Made by a program: the position numbers and the translations under genes
Notes under the pieces: model-generated
The model's input: the letters and a program-made list of their open reading frames with translations, nothing else
Database searches by the model: none
Told to the model about the DNA's origin: nothing
Part shown: piece by piece, positions 34,433-44,090 of the stretch
Layout of the letters: every line of letters starts with the position of its first letter
Position numbering within the stretch: position 1 is the first letter of the stretch
Assembly: GCA_965214865.1 (NCBI GenBank)
Contig: CBDCCN010000001.1
Location: 451,747 to 515,746 of the forward strand
DNA length: 64,000 nt
Direction of reading: 5' to 3'
Source: Vicinamibacterales bacterium
GTDB lineage: Bacteria; Acidobacteriota; Vicinamibacteria; Vicinamibacterales; UBA8438

Positions 34433-35446
34433 CTACGCCAGCAGCTCGAGCAGCGCCGCCGACACGCCGTCTGGCCGTTGCGGCGCCAGGTCGTGCCCCG
34501 CGCCCTCGACGATACGCCGCGCCACGAGGTTCGTGAACCGCCGCCGGTCCCCCGTGGGGTCGTCCGACGGCCGGCCGAAGCCGCTGTCGTTGCCGCGCAG
34601 CACGATGGCCGGCACCGTGACCGGCGGCCGCGCGGCCAGTTGCCGCTCGACGTCGAGGAAGCGCTCCTCGCCCGGCGCGTAGCCGTGCCGGTGCCGGTAG
34701 GAGTGAATCACGACGTCGACGAAGTCCGCGTTGTCGAACGCGGCGGCCGAGCGGTCGTACGCCTCGTCGGTGTACTCCCAGGTCGGCGACCAGGTCTCCC
34801 ACAGATAGCGGATGATCGCGTGGCGGTTCGCCTCCAGGCCGGCCCTGCCCCGCTCCGTGTTGAAGTACCACTGGTACCAGAGACGGGCCTCGGCCGCCGC
34901 CGACGGCGAGGGAGCCGACGGCGACACGGTGTCCTGCACGGAATAGCCGCCGATGGCGACCTGTGCACGCACCCGCTCGGGATGCAGGATGGAGGTAATG
35001 CACGCGGCGCGGTTGCCCCAGTCGAAGCCGGCCAGCGCCACCTGCTCCAGGCCGAGGGCAGCGGCGAAGTCGGAGACGTCCTGGGCTATCGCCGCCTGCT
35101 CCGCCATCCGCGGGGCGTCGGGATCCCGGAAACGGGTCGTGCCGTAGCCGCGCAGGTACGGCACGAGCACCCGGTAGCCGGCTTCGGCCAGGGGCGGCAC
35201 GACGCCGTCCCACGCGCGGATGTCGTAGGGGAAACCGTGCAGGAGGATGATCGGGAATCCGGCGGGGTCGCCGCTCTCCTCGTAGCCGATCTCCAGCACC
35301 TCGGTCTCGACGGAACGCAACACGGCCGGGGCGGCACCCGCCTGCGCCGGCGCCCGCGCGCCTCCGGCACGCGTCGAGCCGCCGGCCGCCGCCAGCGCGC
35401 CGGCGACGCCCGCGCTCTTCAGGAACTCTCTCCGGCTCGGACCCAT
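34433..35446 (-). CDS. Tat-exported alpha/beta hydrolase (epoxide-hydrolase-like)
   Basis: ATG 35446 after GAGGAGGA. Twin-arginine SRREFLK. Blocks ILLHGFPYD and GFDWGNR. Confidence 0.85.
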   Translation of the reverse strand: MGPSRREFLKSAGVAGALAAAGGSTRAGGARAPAQAGAAPAVLRSVETEVLEIGYEESGDPAGFPIILLHGFPYDIRAWDGVVPPLAEAGYRVLVPYLRGYGTTRFRDPDAPRMAEQAAIAQDVSDFAAALGLEQVALAGFDWGNRAACITSILHPERVRAQVAIGGYSVQDTVSPSAPSPSAAAEARLWYQWYFNTERGRAGLEANRHAIIRYLWETWSPTWEYTDEAYDRSAAAFDNADFVDVVIHSYRHRHGYAPGEERFLDVERQLAARPPVTVPAIVLRGNDSGFGRPSDDPTGDRRRFTNLVARRIVEGAGHDLAPQRPDGVSAALLELLA

Positions 35447-35483
35447 GACCGTTCCTCCTCGGCGATGGCGTGGTTCGTCCAGG

Positions 35484-36816
35484 CTACTTCCTGATGCTGT
35501 AGAGCTTCGACGTGGTGCGAATCAGCAGCCGGTCGCCGGCGATGGCCGGCGACGCCATGGCCATCTCGTCCAGGCTGTTGACGCCGATCACCTCGTACTC
35601 GCGGCCGGCGCGGATCACGTAGGTGTCGCCCTGCTCGCTCAGGGCGAAGATCCTGCCGTTGTAGGCCCACGGCGACGACGTGAAGCTGGCCCCCACGCGG
35701 ATCCGCCGGCGCCCGTAGACCGGCTCGCCGGTGACCGCGTCGTAGGCCTCGAAGAAGCCGCGGTCGAGCAGGCTGTAGTAGATGTCGCCGTAGATCAGCG
35801 GCGAGGTGTTGTAGTTGCCGGCCCGCGGCTGGTACCAGGCGACGTACTCGTTCGACCGTTCACCTTCGGCGAGCGTGATGTCGCCGCTCGCGCCGGGCCG
35901 GATCGCGTAGGCCGGACGGTGTTCGTCGCGGAAGTAACCGGAGTTGACATACACCAGACCGTGGCTCGAGAACGGCGTCGCGATGGCCGCCCACGACATC
36001 CGCCCGTCCATCTCCCACAGCAGTTGTCCGTCGAGATCGTACGAGCGGATGCGGTTGACCCCGGAGGTCACGATCTCGGTGCGCAGCGCGTTCTCCCACA
36101 CGTAGGGCGTGGCCCAGGTGGACACCTCGTCGCGCGCCGTCCGCCACAGCTCTTCGCCGGTCCGCTTGTCGAGCGCCGCGAGCCACGACTCCTCCTCGTT
36201 GTCGTAGAGGATGATCACTTTTTCGCCGTACACCACGGGGCGAGGAGGCGGAACCCCACTCGGAACGGGTGCGCCGATCGGGAATCATGACGCGCCAGAC
36301 CTCGTTGCCCTCCATGTCGAAGGCATAGAGCCCCAGGTCGCCGAAGCGGACGTAGACGTGCTCGCCGTCGGCGGCCGGCGTCTCCGACGCGTAGGTGTTC
36401 TTCATGTGGCGCGGGAAGGCCGGCCGGCCGTGGTTCACCGAGCGCTGCCACAGGACCGCGCCGGTCTCCAGGTCCAGGCAGTAGACGCGCCAGTCATGCT
36501 CCAGCGGCACCGGCTCCGGCCGTCCCCGCGGCGCGTACAATCCGGGCTTCGGCTGCTCGAACTCCCCCACCGCGGTGACCGTGGTCAGGAAGACGCGATT
36601 TCCCCAGACCACCGGGCTGGACCAGCCGAGCCCGGGAATGTCGGTTACCCACTCGACGTTCTCCGTCCGGCTCCACTGCTCCGGCAGGTCCGGGTTGTCG
36701 GCCACCGCCGCGTTCATGGTCGGCCCCCGGAAGTGCGGCCAGTTGTCGTTCGCCGCCGCCGGCTGCGCCGGGGCAAGAGCCGCCGGGAGACAAAGGGTGA
36801 GCACCATCCGCTTCAT
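35484..36816 (-). pseudogene. PQQ-like (BamB-type) beta-propeller repeat protein, one frame disruption (or assembly indel)
   Basis: ATG 36816 after GGAGG, with a signal peptide. Frame A runs to ...SEWGSASSP. Frame B continues VVYGEKVIILYDNEEESWLAALDKRTGEELW... to 35484. There is one extra base in the run gggg at 36237-36240. Confidence 0.75.
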
Positions 36817-37904
36817 CGGTTGACCTCCAGTCAGCGCCCGGTCATGCCATCCCGTTCCGCGGCATTTCCGGCTCCACGTTCGTGGACCGGCTCCGGTCCG
36901 TTTTGCCGTTCGGTCATGCCCGCCCGTTCCGAAGGACGGCGACCCCCTCTACATCATCGCACGCACGGCGATGGCGCGTAACCTCCCGCGGCCACGGGGC
37001 GCCGTGGCCGGCGCCGGGTGGCTCAGCCTGCGCTGCGTGCGCGTCCGAGCATGGTACGCGTCCGTACAGAAGAAAGGGCCCCGACCCGTGCGGATCGGAG
37101 CCCTCTCAAGTTGGCCTGCGATGGTGGCGTTGGGTTTACCCCGTCTGCGGGGCGTCCCGCCACCCGTCGGAGTGCGGGAGGTCCCTACGAGGACGCCACC
37201 TCCGCAGAGCCCGTATCATGGTCGTCCACTGGATCACCTCCTTGCTTGGGCACACCTTTTCAACGGCGGGTCCCAACCCGCCCGGCCCCCGGCGTCGCCC
37301 AGACCCGCCGGTTGCCGCCGCGCCGAGGCGCGGCAGGGTCTCCTTGATACTCGGCCACCGGGCGCCGGTTGTCAAATCGCGCCGCGGCGGCGCCGCGCGG
37401 TGGACCGCCCCGCCGAGCCGCGGGATCCCCCCTCCCGGCGCCTTGCCCGTCGCGACCCGGAATCATGATGTGCGCCGACGAAGTGCCGACCTCCATGACC
37501 CAGGAACCGGCCCGGGTGTAACTGCCCTCCTCGGTCGGGAAAACCCGTCGAATCGCCGTTGGCGAACAGGACGGCGATGGTGATGTGCATGTTCGCCGAT
37601 TCGGCGTCCGCACCGTTCAGCGTATAGCAGACGCTGCCGAAGGCGGACACCTCGCGGGTGCCGTTCGCCTCGGCCTCCTCCCGCCGCGCGGGCGACATCG
37701 CCCCGCGTCGGTTACATCATCGCACGTGACGAGCCGCGGCGGCGGCCTCTCGGTCCCCGGAAACGCAATGCACTTCCCGGCTCCGAACCCCGGCGTGCAA
37801 AGAACTCCTTGGCGGGGGTGACCGGCGGGCGGCGCCGGCGCAGGTCGACTACCATCGGAGGACGGCGGCGGTGCACCGCCGCCGTCGCCGGAACCTACCT
37901 GAGC

Positions 37905-38127
37905 CCGGGCTACGGCTTCGGACTGGGCTGCGGTGGTCGTGGACGCGGAATCTACGCGCCGGGACAACGACGGCGTGTTCCGCTGGGCCGGCGCCGCGAA
38001 CACCTATTTCCGGATTCGACCCCGGCGGCCGAGCTGATCGGCATGGTCTGGACCCAGTTCAACCCGTTCGCGGCCTACGACCTCGAGCGGGAGTTCCAGG
38101 ACGCTCGTCTACGAGGCGCTGCAGTGA
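37905..38127 (+). pseudogene. C-terminal relic of a beta-lactamase-family serine hydrolase, multiple frame disruptions
   Basis: Pieces from three frames join to give PGYGFGLG.AVVVDAESTRRDNDGVFRWAGAANTYFRI(D)PAAELIGMVWTQFNPFAAYDLEREFQD(L)VYEALQ*. A possible upstream part of the same gene is WITSLLGHT at 37229-37255, plus an SxxK-like region near 37090. The upstream extent is uncertain. Confidence 0.5.
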
Positions 38128-38141
38128 CCATTCACGCGCGG

Positions 38142-39793
38142 CTACTCGTCGAGGCCGAACGTGTATACCGTGTTCCCCACCGCCCATGGTGACGTACTGC
38201 GCCCCGTCGACCGCGTAGGTCATCGGGTTGGCGTTGACCGGGCCGCCGAGCGGGATGTGCCAGAGCTCCTCGCCGCTCTCCGCGTCGAGCGCGAAGAAAT
38301 AGCCGTCGACGGTCGCGCTGAATACGACGTCGCCCGCCGTGGTCAGTACCCCCGGAGCGGGGCCCGCGGCTTCATCTCGAACTCCCAGCGGACGTCGCCG
38401 GTGGTCGGATCGATGGCGCCCGGATCGCGCTCCGGTAGTTGTCCATCGGCTGCGGCGACTGCACGCCGCCGCCGGTATAGCGCTCGCCTTCCACGTAGTC
38501 CTCGTCGCGGGATGAAGAACTCCCCCTCGCCGTCGAACGCGTTGACGTACAGCAGCCCGGTGCGCGGGGTTGTAGGCGGGGCGACCACCAGTTGGTCGCG
38601 CCGCCGGCGGTGGGGCGCCACCACGGTCCCGCCGGGCGTCGGGAAGGTGTCCGGGCAGCCGGATCGGCCGGCCGTTCTCGTCGAGCCCCTCCGCCCAGGT
38701 CTGCAGCGCGAACGCCTTGCCGAGCAGGAACTCGCCGGGTCTCGCGATCCAGGGTGTAGTAGAAGGCGTTGCGGTTCGCCCAGAGCATCGCCTTGCGCGG
38801 CCCGTCCTCCATCTCGATGTCGGCGAGCACCGGGATCTGGATGGCGTCCCAGTCGTGGACGTCGTGCGGCGTGAACTGGAAGTACCACCGCATCTCGCCC
38901 GTATCGCCGTCGAGGGCGAGCACCGAGTCGGCATACAGGTTGTCACCCTCGCGCACGTCGCCGTTCCAGTCCGGACCGGGGTTGCCGGTGCCCCAGTAGA
39001 CCAGGTCGAGCTCGGGATCGTAGGAGCCGGTGATCCAGGTCGGCGAGCCGCCGGTGCGCCACGAATCGCCGGCCCAGGTCCGGTTGTCGGGGTGGTCCGG
39101 CCCCGGAATCGTGTAGGTCCGCCACACGCGCTCCCCGCTCTCGGCGTCGTACGAGTCGAGGAACCCGCGGATGCCGAACTCCCCGCCGGCGATGCCGGTC
39201 ACCACCCGGTCCTTGACGACGAGCGGCGCCGCGGTCTTGCTGTAGCCGCCCCGGTAGTCCGCCACCTCGGCGTCCCAGACCAGGTTGCCGGTGCGTGCGT
39301 CGATGGCGACGAGATGGGCGTCGAGGGTGCTCATGTAGAGCGTCTCGCCCAGGATGGCGACGCCGCGGTTGTTGCGCCCGCAGCAGATGCGCAGGTCGTC
39401 CGGCAGCGGATGCTCGTAACGCCAGAAGGGGCGTCCGCTCGTCGCGTCGACCGCCGTCACGTTGCTGGGCGACTCGGTGATGAACATCACCCCGTCGACC
39501 ACCAGCGGGGTCGTCTCCGTGCGATCGAGCTGGCGGATGTTGTAGGCCCACTTCAGTTCCAGGCCGGCGACGTTGGTCCTGTCGATCCGGTCGAGCCGGC
39601 TGAAGCGCTGGCCGTCGAGCGTGCCGTTGTACATCAGCCAGTTGTGCGGCTCGTCCGCCGCGGCGAGCAGGCGCTCCCAGGTGACCGGCGCGAACTGCGG
39701 CACGCCGTCGCCGGCGGCCGGCTCCTGCGCGGTCGCCGGCGAGGCGGAGGCGAACAGGGCGACGGCGACGAAGATGGCAACCCGTCGTCTCAT
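38142..39793 (-). pseudogene. PQQ-dependent alcohol dehydrogenase (Cys-Cys type); 3' third carries ~9 frame changes
   Basis: ATG 39793 after GAGGAG, with a signal peptide. It is intact to ...NAFYYTLDRET and includes RICCGRNNRGVA and HDVHDWDA. From ~38790 to the stop at 38142 the family sequence hops among all three frames (GEFLLGKAFALQTWAEGLDENGRPIRLPG / PDTFPTPGGTVVAP / GGATNWWSP / TGLLYVNAFDGEGEFFI / RDEDYVEGERYTGGGVQSPQPMDNYRSAIRA / IDPTTGDVRWEFEMKPRAP / GVLTTAGDVVFSATVDGYFFALDAESGEELW...VTMGGG / NTVYTFGLDE*). The shifts are mostly at C or G runs. Confidence 0.8.
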
Positions 39794-39884
39794 GGCTTCA
39801 TGCTCCTCTGCCCGGCCGGACGGCATGTCGTCCAACCGGCACACGTGATGTCCTGGCGGTATCGGCGAACCGGCCCCGCCCCCG

Positions 39885-40886
39885 CTACTCCGGCGCGGGG
39901 AAGTACGCGATCATCCCGCCCCGGTTCGTCCCGAGCCAGATCTCGCCGCCGATGCGGACCGCCGCGGTCGACGCCTCGAAGCCGTCGATCCGCGGGTGCC
40001 GGAAGATCCGCCGGACCTCCAGCGTCTCGGGATCGATGATCGCCACGTTGGAAGTCTCCTCCGGCGTCCCGTAGTCGCCGTGCCCCGCGGCCAGGATCAA
40101 CGCGCCGCCGTTTATCGACCGCAGGTTGTCGGGCCGGAAGCCGATCGGCACCACGTCCTTCTGCCGCGGCGTCCTGCCGCGCGACAGCCGCGTGAGCTTC
40201 TCGCCGCGCCAGCCGGCCACGTACAGCCAGCGGCCGTCGGGCGCTATCTCCAGGCCGTTCGGCGTCGTGTCGTCGGTGCCCGGGATCACCGACCAGCCCC
40301 GGGCGGTACTCCACTCCCAGACGTCCCCGGTGGACGTGCTCGTCGCGGCGAAGCCTCCTTCGGGAAGCGCCACCACCGAGTTCAGGCGCAGGCCCTCCGG
40401 CGCCACCGCGCACCCGACCCACTCGAGGGTCACCGGCAGCGCGCCGGCGTCGAGCTCGAACACTTCGATCGACTCGCGCCGGCCGTGGTGCACGACGTAC
40501 AGCGCATGCACGCCGTCCTCCCCCGGCTTCAGGTACAGGCCGTGCGCCCTGAACTCGTTCTGCTCCAGCTCCTCCGCGTCCAGGGGACCCGGACACGCCG
40601 GATAGGTCGCCGTGTCGAGACGCTCGGTCCGCTCCGCCGTCGGGAAGAGGACCGACGTGGTCTTGTCCGCCACGTCGACGAGGTGGATCCGACCGCCCTC
40701 CCGATTGCCGGACACGACGACCCACTCGGCGCCGGGCACGATGGCGAGATCTTCCGGGCCGACCAGGCCGCAGATGAAGCGGATGTCGCCGACCGGCTCG
40801 CAGCCGTCCGCCCCCTGCTCCGCGGCGACCCAGGTCCCCGACAGCACCACCGCAACGCCCAGGGCCAGAAGCTTCCCTGTTCTCAC
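39885..40886 (-). CDS. exported six-bladed beta-propeller protein (arylesterase/paraoxonase/SMP-30-like)
   Basis: GTG 40886 after GGGAGGG, with a signal peptide. HGLYLKPGEDGVHALYVVHHG, PNGLEIAPDGRWLYVAGW and similar blocks. Family assignment is from memory only. Confidence 0.6.
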   Translation of the reverse strand: MRTGKLLALGVAVVLSGTWVAAEQGADGCEPVGDIRFICGLVGPEDLAIVPGAEWVVVSGNREGGRIHLVDVADKTTSVLFPTAERTERLDTATYPACPGPLDAEELEQNEFRAHGLYLKPGEDGVHALYVVHHGRRESIEVFELDAGALPVTLEWVGCAVAPEGLRLNSVVALPEGGFAATSTSTGDVWEWSTARGWSVIPGTDDTTPNGLEIAPDGRWLYVAGWRGEKLTRLSRGRTPRQKDVVPIGFRPDNLRSINGGALILAAGHGDYGTPEETSNVAIIDPETLEVRRIFRHPRIDGFEASTAAVRIGGEIWLGTNRGGMIAYFPAPE

Positions 40887-41083
40887 GATGTCCCTCCCGG
40901 CCGTTCATCGCCGGCTCTCGACCGTCGCCACGCGGCCGTCGCGGTCGCGATCCCCTTACGACCGCCGCGAAACCTGCAAATCACCACGATGATACTTCAG
41001 CGACGAGAAGGCAGTTTCCGCCATGGATCCGCCATCGGACGCCGGGTCGACAGGACATCTTCAGCGGCGCGAATCTCGCATGG

Positions 41084-41664
41084 ATGCCGGGTGTTGCCAT
41101 GGCGTTCATGCAGGGTGTCCAGCCGCGCGTCGGCTTCACCGACCTCCTGAACATGCCGGAGGATGGACGCCGCTACGAGATCTACGAAGGGGAGCTCGTC
41201 GTGGTCCCGTCGCCGCTGCCGCGCCACCAATTGGCCGTGCTGGCCATCGTCCGGATTCTGGACGCCTACGTCACCAGGCGCGGCGGCATCGTCTTGACTG
41301 CCCCGCTCGACATCGAGTTAGACGAGTACGACGTTGTGCAACCGGACGTCCTGTTCTTCCGGGCGGAGCGCCGCCACCTGTTGCAACCGCACATCGTGAC
41401 CCGGCACGCGCCGGACATCGCGGTCGAGGTGCTCTCACCCTCTACGGCCTCGACGGACCGCGGCCGAAAGACGCGGACGTTCGCGCGCTACGGTGTCCCG
41501 GAGTACTGGATCGTCGATCCTGTCCTCCAGCAGATCGAGATCCATGCGCTCGAGGACGGCGCGCCTACCGGGAAGCGCCGGGCGCAGCGGGGGACGAGAT
41601 CGTGCAATCCGTCCTGCTCCCGGAGCTGACGTTCGAGGCGGCGCGCGTCTTCGAACGCCCATAG
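41084..41664 (+). pseudogene. Uma2-family (DUF820) endonuclease, copy 2, one frame disruption (or assembly indel)
   Basis: RYEIYEGELVVVPSP, QPDVLFF, PDIAVEVLSPST and ARYGVPEYWIVDP. After ...IEIHALEDGA the family-like end YREAPGAAGDEIVQSVLLPELTFEAARVFERP* is in another frame. The shift lies in gcgcgcc at ~41560-41566. Confidence 0.75.
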
Positions 41665-41773
41665 AGGGGGCGTTACCAGGGCCGGGAGCGCGGGCCGGGG
41701 CGCTTCGGCCCGCTACCACCGACCGGCGGTCCGACTGCACGGTCCGGATCGGGCCGCGCGACGCCCGCGACGG

Positions 41774-42718
41774 CTACACCACCCGGTGCAGCAACGCTTC
41801 GCCGGCCGCGAGCCGCCGGCAGTTCTCCACGGCCACTGCCAGGCTCCGCTCCAGCGTCTCGCGCGTCAGCCACGCGAGGTGCGGCGTGCAGACCACGTTG
41901 TCGAGTTCGAGAAGCAAGTTGCCCGCAGCCGTCGGCTCGGTCTGGAAAACGTCGAGGCCGGCGGCGCCGATACGGCCGGACCGGAGTCCCTCGACGAGCG
42001 CCGCCTCGTCGATCAGCCCGCCGCGCGCCGTGTTGACGATGACCGCGCCCGGCTTCATGCGGGCGATGGCGCCGGCGTCGATCAGTCGCTCGGTCTCCGG
42101 AGTGAGCGGCACGTGGAGCGAGACGACGTCACTCTCGGCCAGCAGGCCCGCGAGCGGGCGGCGCTCTCCCACCGCATCCGGCTTCTCGCTGCGGCTGGCG
42201 AACAGCAGGCGCGCCCCCATCGCCTGCAGAACCGGGGCGAGTCGGCGCGGCACGGCGCCGTACCCCACCAGCCCGACGGTCCGGCCGCATACCTCGCCGT
42301 AGCGGTCCTGGAGATCCGCCGGCAGGCTCCAGCCCCGCCCGGACCGCGTCGCCGCATCGAGCTGGCTCACGCGCCGCAGCGCGCCCAGCATGAGCAGCAG
42401 CGTCATCTCGGCGACGGCCTGCGTGTTGGTGCCGGGCATGTTGCAGACGGCGACGCCCCGCCGCCGGGCCGCCTCCAGATCGATGGTGTTGACGCCGACC
42501 CCGATCTTCTGGATCAGCCGCAGGCGCGGCGCCGCGGCGACGACCTCCGCGGTGACCGGTTCGAGCAGATGCCACAGGGCCCCCGTTGCGGGCAGGAGTC
42601 GCCCGAAGAGGGCACGGTCGGACGTCGCGCAGACGGTGACGGAAAGTCCTTCGCGCTCGAGCGCCGCGAGCCGCCTCGTCAGACCGGGACCGGCCGCATA
42701 GTGGTAGACGACGTTCAT
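41774..42718 (-). CDS. D-isomer-specific 2-hydroxyacid dehydrogenase (NAD-binding)
   Basis: ATG 42718. 314 aa with GLVGYGAVPRRLA (GxGxxG), NTARGGLIDE and the PHLAW signature. Confidence 0.85.
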   Translation of the reverse strand: MNVVYHYAAGPGLTRRLAALEREGLSVTVCATSDRALFGRLLPATGALWHLLEPVTAEVVAAAPRLRLIQKIGVGVNTIDLEAARRRGVAVCNMPGTNTQAVAEMTLLLMLGALRRVSQLDAATRSGRGWSLPADLQDRYGEVCGRTVGLVGYGAVPRRLAPVLQAMGARLLFASRSEKPDAVGERRPLAGLLAESDVVSLHVPLTPETERLIDAGAIARMKPGAVIVNTARGGLIDEAALVEGLRSGRIGAAGLDVFQTEPTAAGNLLLELDNVVCTPHLAWLTRETLERSLAVAVENCRRLAAGEALLHRVV

Positions 42719-42972
42719 GACTGGTGACGCCGCAACGACGCAACGACACGGACACCCACCGCCGCGTAGGCCGGTCTCGACGTTCTGACCGGCGCCGCCG
42801 CAACGACGCAGCGACCCCGTGCCGCCGCCGCGCTGCGGATATGCAACCGGCCGGTCGGGCCCGCCGCGGGCGACGCCCCACCCGTTATCGTACGCAAGTG
42901 GGCGGGTATGTTCGTACTCTCCATGCCCCGCCCGCCGGCGGGCGGGACGCCGCTCGTTATCATACGCGGACG

Positions 42973-43983
42973 GTGCCCGCACCCGATCCCGTCATCGTGG
43001 CCGCGCTCCGGCGCATGGGCATCGTCGGGCGTCCGGCGCCGCCTCCGATGACCCCCCTTGCCGGCGGCGTTTCCTCGGACATCTGGCGCGTGGATCTTCC
43101 CGCCGGACCGATCTGCGTGAAGCGGGCGCTGGCCAGATTGAAGGTCGACGCGGTCTGGGAGGCGCCGGTCGAGCGGAACCGCTACGAATGGGAGTGGCTG
43201 CGCGAGGCGGACCGCATCGCACCGTCGAGCGTGCCGCCGCTCGTCGCGCACGACGCCGAGGCGGGCTGCTTCGCGATGGGCTTCCTGGATCCGGCGGCCC
43301 ATCCCCTCTGGAAGGCGCAGCTCCGGGACGGCATCGCCAGCGAGACCACCGCGCGCGCGGTCGGGGAACGCCTGGTCGCGATCCACAACGCCACCGCCGG
43401 CCGCGCGGACGTTCGGGCGCGCTTCGCCACCGACGACATCTTCTACGCGATCCGGCTGGAGCCGTACCTCGCGGCGACGGCGGCGCGGCATCCCGACCTC
43501 GCGGGTCCGCTGCAGGTAATCGTCTCCCGCACGGCGGAGACGAAACGCGCGCTGGTGCACGGCGACGTCAGCCCGAAGAACATCCTGATCGGCCCGGAGG
43601 GCCCGATCTTCCTGGACGCCGAGTGCGCATGGTACGGCGATCCTGCGTTCGACCTGGCGTTCTGTCTGAACCACCTGCTGCTCAAGTGCCTCTGGACACC
43701 GTCCGCGACCGCCGCCTTCCTGCGTTCCTTCGACGCGCTGGCGGCGACGTACCTCGCGGAGGTTCAATGGGAGGGGCGAGCCGGGATCGAGGAGCGGGCG
43801 GCGCATCTGCTGCCCGGCCTGTTTCTCGCCCGCGTCGACGGCAAGTCGCCCGTCGAGTACGTCACCGCGGAAGCGGACCGGGAGCGCGTGCGGCGAACCG
43901 CCCGGCCGTTGATCCGGAAGCCGGTGTGCTCCCTCGGCGCGGTGCGGCAGGCGTGGGCCGCGGAGCTCGACCGGCCGGCGTAG
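42973..43983 (+). CDS. APH-fold phosphotransferase (aminoglycoside/methylthioribose-kinase-like), substrate unknown
   Basis: Start uncertain (GTG 42973 or ATG 43015). PLAGGVSSDIWRV, VKRAL, catalytic LVHGDVSPKNIL and FLDAECAWYGDPAFDLAF. Confidence 0.75.
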   Translation: MPAPDPVIVAALRRMGIVGRPAPPPMTPLAGGVSSDIWRVDLPAGPICVKRALARLKVDAVWEAPVERNRYEWEWLREADRIAPSSVPPLVAHDAEAGCFAMGFLDPAAHPLWKAQLRDGIASETTARAVGERLVAIHNATAGRADVRARFATDDIFYAIRLEPYLAATAARHPDLAGPLQVIVSRTAETKRALVHGDVSPKNILIGPEGPIFLDAECAWYGDPAFDLAFCLNHLLLKCLWTPSATAAFLRSFDALAATYLAEVQWEGRAGIEERAAHLLPGLFLARVDGKSPVEYVTAEADRERVRRTARPLIRKPVCSLGAVRQAWAAELDRPA

Positions 43984-44090
43984 CCAGCAACCACCCGACG
44001 GATCGAACACCGCGGACTCACCCTCCCAACGCCGCCGGCGACACGCAGGGGCGGTCCGCGGAACCGAGACAAAATGGATGGAGCCAACGC

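Noticed and set aside
37229-37243. A 15-nt identity to the 16S rRNA 3' terminus (ctggatcacctcctt). On the other strand it reads as an extended Shine-Dalgarno sequence (AAGGAGGTGATCC).
   Set aside because: No further rRNA-like sequence flanks it. In the plus frame it simply encodes WITSLLGHT, which fits the LLxHTSG-type motif of the decayed serine-hydrolase gene. It is therefore neither an rRNA remnant nor a demonstrable leader RBS.
37260-37698. A protein-like minus-strand fragment (…GSVCYTLNGADAESANMHITIAVLFANGDSTGFP / TEEGSYTRAGSWVMEVGTSSAHIMIPG…), considered as a gene remnant.
   Set aside because: It is frame-broken, matches no family I recognise, and is antisense to the region where the decayed plus-strand serine-hydrolase gene probably runs. 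I leave it unresolved rather than calling it.
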